Part shown: in pieces, positions 59,740-64,000 of the stretch
Layout: each line of letters starts with the position of its first letter
How positions within the stretch are numbered: the stretch's first letter is position 1
DNA from: a virus
Virus record (IMG/VR): IMGVR_UViG_3300044858_003284
Direction: 5' to 3' (one strand)
DNA length: 64,000 nt
Notes under the pieces: generated by a model
The model's database searches: none
The model's input: the letters and a program-made list of their open reading frames with translations, nothing else
What the model was told of the DNA's origin: nothing
Program-made: the position numbers and the translations under genes

Positions 59740-60483
59740 ATGCCAGTATTAGCGGAAATCGAATACGATGAAAGTAAATATAATAGTGTCGTAGAAACTA
59801 ATCCACCACGACCATTGGTGGTTGGTGATCGTATGAATGTTCCTGGTCGTCCAACAACACCAGAATTAGCCAGAGGTCATAGAAATGGCACAATTGTTTC
59901 TTTTACAAATTATCATACAGTAGCAATTAGTGATCCTAAAGTTACATTACCTTATTATGTAAAAAATCAACACACTGCAATCAGAAATTCAAATCGAACA
60001 AAAAGAGATTCGACAGAGAGTGCACAGTTAAATGAATCGAAAAGTGGCGCTATTAAAACTCAATTGAGTGAAGCAATCAAATGGGTGAAGGCTAAATTGA
60101 AGTTAATAAATAGATTGTTAAAAACGATTGATAACTTTTTCAAAATGTTGGCAACTGTTGTTATGAAAATTAATCAGTTGATAGCATGGATAAAAGCACT
60201 GCCTGTTATGATTGTTCTTTTAATGGCCAAAGTTTTAGCTAGGTTGATTGCAGCTGGTAAATCTGCAGCAGCTGCCGCAATTGGTAAAGTTGGTGGTAGT
60301 GGTTCAAACAAAAGCTCTGGTTCTGAATTTGGTGGCCTATTGAGAGAAACAAAAAGAACTTTGACAGGTGCTGCTTCGGTCGCTAAGAGTGCTCTATTAT
60401 TAGGCACCAGTGTTGCATTATTAGCTTCAACATTTTCTGGTTCAGCACCATCAAGCAAAAAGAAAGCTAAAAAAATACTATAA
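59740..60483 (+). CDS. Helical protein, probable middle part of gp5
   Basis: PTTPELARG motif; own RBS; amphipathic helices. Confidence 0.55.
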   Translation: MPVLAEIEYDESKYNSVVETNPPRPLVVGDRMNVPGRPTTPELARGHRNGTIVSFTNYHTVAISDPKVTLPYYVKNQHTAIRNSNRTKRDSTESAQLNESKSGAIKTQLSEAIKWVKAKLKLINRLLKTIDNFFKMLATVVMKINQLIAWIKALPVMIVLLMAKVLARLIAAGKSAAAAAIGKVGGSGSNKSSGSEFGGLLRETKRTLTGAASVAKSALLLGTSVALLASTFSGSAPSSKKKAKKIL

Positions 60484-60491
60484 GGTAAATT

Positions 60492-61304
60492 ATGGCAGAA
60501 CAAGCGAATAATAGTAGTATTTGGTACACACAGTATGATGTGAGACCAGGAAAATATCCGTATGTGAACATGACACAAACGGAATCTGGCCACATACAAA
60601 TGATGGATGATACACCAGAGAACGAAAGAATTCGAACTCAACATAGAACCGGAACATTTTATGAAATGTTACCTGATGGTTCTACTGAACACATTGTTTT
60701 AGGTGATGGTTTCTCTGTTTACATGAGAGATAGAAACATTGTTATCAAAGGTACCTGTAATATAGAGATTCATGGTGATTCCAAACTTCACGTAATTGGT
60801 GATTGTTACTCGCAAGTTGATGGTAAGTTATACTCACAAGTTGGTGGTGATGTTAAAATTAACTCAGACGGAAACATTGATATTGTTGCTGCAAAAGAAA
60901 TTACAATTGATGCTGGCGGTGAAGGCGGAGATATTACATTCTCTTGTGAAAATGCTTTGACAATCAAAGGTGACTTGGCCGTATCAGGTAGTATAACAAG
61001 TGGTGGTTCTGTTAATGCAACAACAAACTTAACTTGTGGTTATAAAGTATTCTCACAAGGCGGTATAGATTCGATTGGTGGTGTAAACGTAGGATTTACT
61101 GTAGGCGGTTATGAAAATCCAGCCGGTAAAGTAGTCGCAAACGATTCAGTATTATCACCTCAGGTTACAGGAACAAATACTGTTCAAGGTGGCGTAGTAA
61201 AAGATTCGATGGGTTCAATGCAATCAACACGAGCAAAATTTAACGGACACAACCATAGTTCTCCAAAAGGTGCAACGTCTGGCCCACTACAACGGATGCC
61301 ATAA
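60492..61304 (+). CDS. 5: gp5 C-terminal beta-helix spike domain as a separate gene
   Basis: KYPY..TESGH..DDTP..ERI..HRTGT; VxG repeats; C-terminal HNH. Confidence 0.85.
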   Translation: MAEQANNSSIWYTQYDVRPGKYPYVNMTQTESGHIQMMDDTPENERIRTQHRTGTFYEMLPDGSTEHIVLGDGFSVYMRDRNIVIKGTCNIEIHGDSKLHVIGDCYSQVDGKLYSQVGGDVKINSDGNIDIVAAKEITIDAGGEGGDITFSCENALTIKGDLAVSGSITSGGSVNATTNLTCGYKVFSQGGIDSIGGVNVGFTVGGYENPAGKVVANDSVLSPQVTGTNTVQGGVVKDSMGSMQSTRAKFNGHNHSSPKGATSGPLQRMP

Positions 61305-61307
61305 CAC

Positions 61308-62255
61308 ATGACATCTTTATTCGATAGATTACAATTTAATTTTGATCAAACTAAGTTTGGCACTAATCTTGATTTATCTGAAGAATCATTAAATACGTTA
61401 GAGTCCATGGCCACCGACATCGAATTGTCTGATTGGCAATTAAATGACATGGCTAACAATAATGTTGTTACTACAAATTATTTTGTTAATCCTATAGCAA
61501 ACGTATGTAATAGTATTTCTGCAAATGTTTCAAATTTAATCTCAACAATATATACAATTCCTGATCCTAATCAAAATGTATTGAGTTTATTAACGACATC
61601 TCTGAATTGTATTATTCAATTAGATAGATTTAAATCGCACACAGATAATATATCTGGCATTTCAGAAACCACTGGATCACAAACAATACCAACATATTCT
61701 ACAGCAATTGATACAGGACAAGTATTACTGACAATATTAAACAAAACCGATGGATTTGCAAACAGTTTACCTGCTATGGGATCATTTACTAGTTTGTTTA
61801 TTCTCGATGAATTATTATCTAATAACATAACGATTGGAGCAAATTGTAATTATTTTATTGCTGCAGCAGGTGGATTTATTGCTTCAACGTCATTAACAGC
61901 AGATTTAACATCAGTAACATCAGATACAATAACAATAACGGCTGATTCGGGAGGTTTGTCGATTTCAGAAATAAATACAATTAAAAATGAAATAGACAAT
62001 TTCAATGCCTTTCTTTACAATAGGTGGACTCACGATTGGACATTTTACGAAAACTCCAATAAACTAATTGATGATTACACAAAGGTAACAAATTTAAGTA
62101 ATATCGGAACAACACAAAAGTTTTTAATTAATAATCACATTGGTACTGAAAAAATTAAAACCGATATTGCCAATAATATTGTGGTCATACCTGTCACGGA
62201 GCCTCCGGTGGTCGTTCCGCCACCATCTTATTATGATTATTTTAATCAATTTTAA
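61308..62255 (+). CDS. Hypothetical baseplate-region protein
   Basis: Long ORF between gp5 and gp25. Confidence 0.6.
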   Translation: MTSLFDRLQFNFDQTKFGTNLDLSEESLNTLESMATDIELSDWQLNDMANNNVVTTNYFVNPIANVCNSISANVSNLISTIYTIPDPNQNVLSLLTTSLNCIIQLDRFKSHTDNISGISETTGSQTIPTYSTAIDTGQVLLTILNKTDGFANSLPAMGSFTSLFILDELLSNNITIGANCNYFIAAAGGFIASTSLTADLTSVTSDTITITADSGGLSISEINTIKNEIDNFNAFLYNRWTHDWTFYENSNKLIDDYTKVTNLSNIGTTQKFLINNHIGTEKIKTDIANNIVVIPVTEPPVVVPPPSYYDYFNQF

Positions 62256-62270
62256 CGACATAAATATTAA

Positions 62271-62663
62271 ATGGCAACAATTAAGAAACTATACTCCGAT
62301 TTGGATTTGACCTTCAGAAGGTTACCTGTGTCAAATGACGTAGCTTTAAGTTACGATGAACAGGCGGTCATTCGTTCAGTCAGAAATCTATTGTTAACCA
62401 ATTTTTATGAAAGATTGTTTCAACCAACTCTAGGGTCAAATATTGACACACTTTTGTTTGAACCAATTACAGTCTTAACTGCTGGTCTGATTAAAGCAGA
62501 AATTCGAAATGTTATTAACAATTTCGAACCAAGAGTTAATATACAGGATATTGTTGTAGATCCAGCACCAGATAAGAATGCTTTTAAAGTTACTTTATCT
62601 TTTTTTATAGGAAACAATACTTTGCCAACAGCATTTAATTTACTTCTTGAAAGGTCAAGATAA
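62271..62663 (+). CDS. 25: Baseplate wedge gp25
   Basis: YSDLDL, SVRNLLLT..YER.F.P.LGS, FEPRV. Confidence 0.92.
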   Translation: MATIKKLYSDLDLTFRRLPVSNDVALSYDEQAVIRSVRNLLLTNFYERLFQPTLGSNIDTLLFEPITVLTAGLIKAEIRNVINNFEPRVNIQDIVVDPAPDKNAFKVTLSFFIGNNTLPTAFNLLLERSR

Positions 62664-64000
62664 TGGCAACAGCCAATTCTAACATAAAAGTTGCTGATTT
62701 AGATTTCAGCACTATCAAAAGAAACTTTATACAGTTTCTTCAATCACAAGACACACTCAAAGACTATAACTTTGAGGGTTCAACGATGTCTGTTCTTTTA
62801 GATGTTCTGGCATACAATACACATTACAATTCTTTCTATTTGAATATGGTTGCCAATGAGATGTTCTTGGATAGTGCTTTACAAAGAGGTTCTGTAGTTT
62901 CTCATGCCAAACTATTAAACTATGTACCAAGGTCATCGGTCGCACCAACAGCCACCGTCAATATAACTTTTAGTGGTGTTGCCAATAGTTCGTTTACTTT
63001 ACCAAAATTTACTAATTTCTTATCCGAAGCCATTAACGGAGTAAACTATAATTTTGTTACAACAGATGCTTCTACTGTGGCTGTGTCAAGTAATACTGCA
63101 ACATTTACAAATGTTCAATTGAAACAAGGTGTGCCCATCACAAGACGTTATACTGTAAACAGCACGACTAATCCTAAGAAAAAATTTGAAATCACAAATA
63201 CTTTAATTGACACGACAACATTAAAGGTGTTGGTTCAAGAGAATAGTGGCAATACTGCTTATGACGTATATCAGTCAGCTACAAACTATCTAACACTCGA
63301 TAAAGAATCAAAGGTATATTTTCTACAAGAATTAAACAACGGAAACTATGAAATATCTTTTGGTGATGATATACTAGGAAAAGAATTGAGTGACGGTAAT
63401 ATTATTACTGTATCATATATTGTAACAGATGGCAGTAAAGCTTCTGGTGCAAATAACTTCTTATTGATGGATCGTGTGCCTGGTTACACATCTCTATCGA
63501 TACAACCAAGAGTTAGAGCTTCTCAAGGATCGCCAAAAGAAACCATAGAGTCAATTAAATATCAGGCAGTCAAGTCATATTCAGCACAAAATCGTGCGGT
63601 ATCTAAAAATGATTATATTTCTGCCATTCAACAGAATGATTTAGGTTTTTCTTTTGATGCTGTTAACGTATGGGGCGGAGAAGAAAATGAACCGCCAGTC
63701 TATGGTCAAGTGTTTATCTCATTGAAACCAACAGGTGGTTACAGTTTAACACAGGTACAAAAGCAAAGAATTGCTGATGATGTTATCAAACCAATTAGTG
63801 TTCTAACTGTTACACCAACGATTGTTGATCCGGATTACACATATATCAAACTGGATGTCAATGTGTATTATGATCCAACAAAAACATCTCTATCTGCTTC
63901 CGAAATGCAAGTGGGTATTAAAAATGCCATAGCAGCTTTTGGTAGAAGGACTTTGAATACATTCAATTCAACATTTAGTAGTTATGATTTGTTGAACACA
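62663..64000 (+). CDS. 6: Baseplate wedge gp6, runs off the window end
   Basis: LDFSTIK..DYNFEGS..LLDVLAYNTHY..NEMFLDSA; QNRAV; WGGEE. Confidence 0.92.
   Translation, partial: MATANSNIKVADLDFSTIKRNFIQFLQSQDTLKDYNFEGSTMSVLLDVLAYNTHYNSFYLNMVANEMFLDSALQRGSVVSHAKLLNYVPRSSVAPTATVNITFSGVANSSFTLPKFTNFLSEAINGVNYNFVTTDASTVAVSSNTATFTNVQLKQGVPITRRYTVNSTTNPKKKFEITNTLIDTTTLKVLVQENSGNTAYDVYQSATNYLTLDKESKVYFLQELNNGNYEISFGDDILGKELSDGNIITVSYIVTDGSKASGANNFLLMDRVPGYTSLSIQPRVRASQGSPKETIESIKYQAVKSYSAQNRAVSKNDYISAIQQNDLGFSFDAVNVWGGEENEPPVYGQVFISLKPTGGYSLTQVQKQRIADDVIKPISVLTVTPTIVDPDYTYIKLDVNVYYDPTKTSLSASEMQVGIKNAIAAFGRRTLNTFNSTFSSYDLLNT

Noticed and set aside
1-64000. CRISPR array, integrase, transposon, reverse transcriptase or stop-codon reassignment
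   Set aside because: No repeat-spacer array or such genes seen; core genes are full length in the standard code with all three stops in use.

Overview
64 kb from the genome of a large, AT-rich T4-like myophage, probably infecting a Gram-negative (proteobacterial) host, judging from the spanins and an ALAA-ending tmRNA tag. Layout: (1-9.2 kb) late genes for head-packaged cargo proteins, several starting with a T4-type capsid-targeting decapeptide; (9.2-13.1 kb) lysis/envelope cassette with overlapping spanins, a secreted nuclease, GH19 endolysin and holin-like proteins; (13.1-19.6 kb) primase, nrdAB, endonuclease II, RNase H; (19.8-45 kb) early/accessory region of many small genes under sigma70 promoters, with VWA and AAA genes, GroES, tRNA-Tyr, rubredoxin-rubrerythrin, GalE, a glycosylase and 2OG oxygenases; (45.3-49.5 kb) circularly permuted tmRNA, SleB, gp33, gp59, gp32; (49.5-64 kb) tail and baseplate genes. 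Best leads: a helically phased TGTTG-N8-CAACA box upstream of six early promoters; a capsid-targeted ligase-like/nucleotidyltransferase/kinase cargo set with an overprinted gene inside it; a two-piece tmRNA; a probable -1 frameshift fusing gp26 to gp51; an unexplained multi-hairpin RNA; a gp5 split into three genes. All assignments come from reading motifs by eye; no database searches were run.
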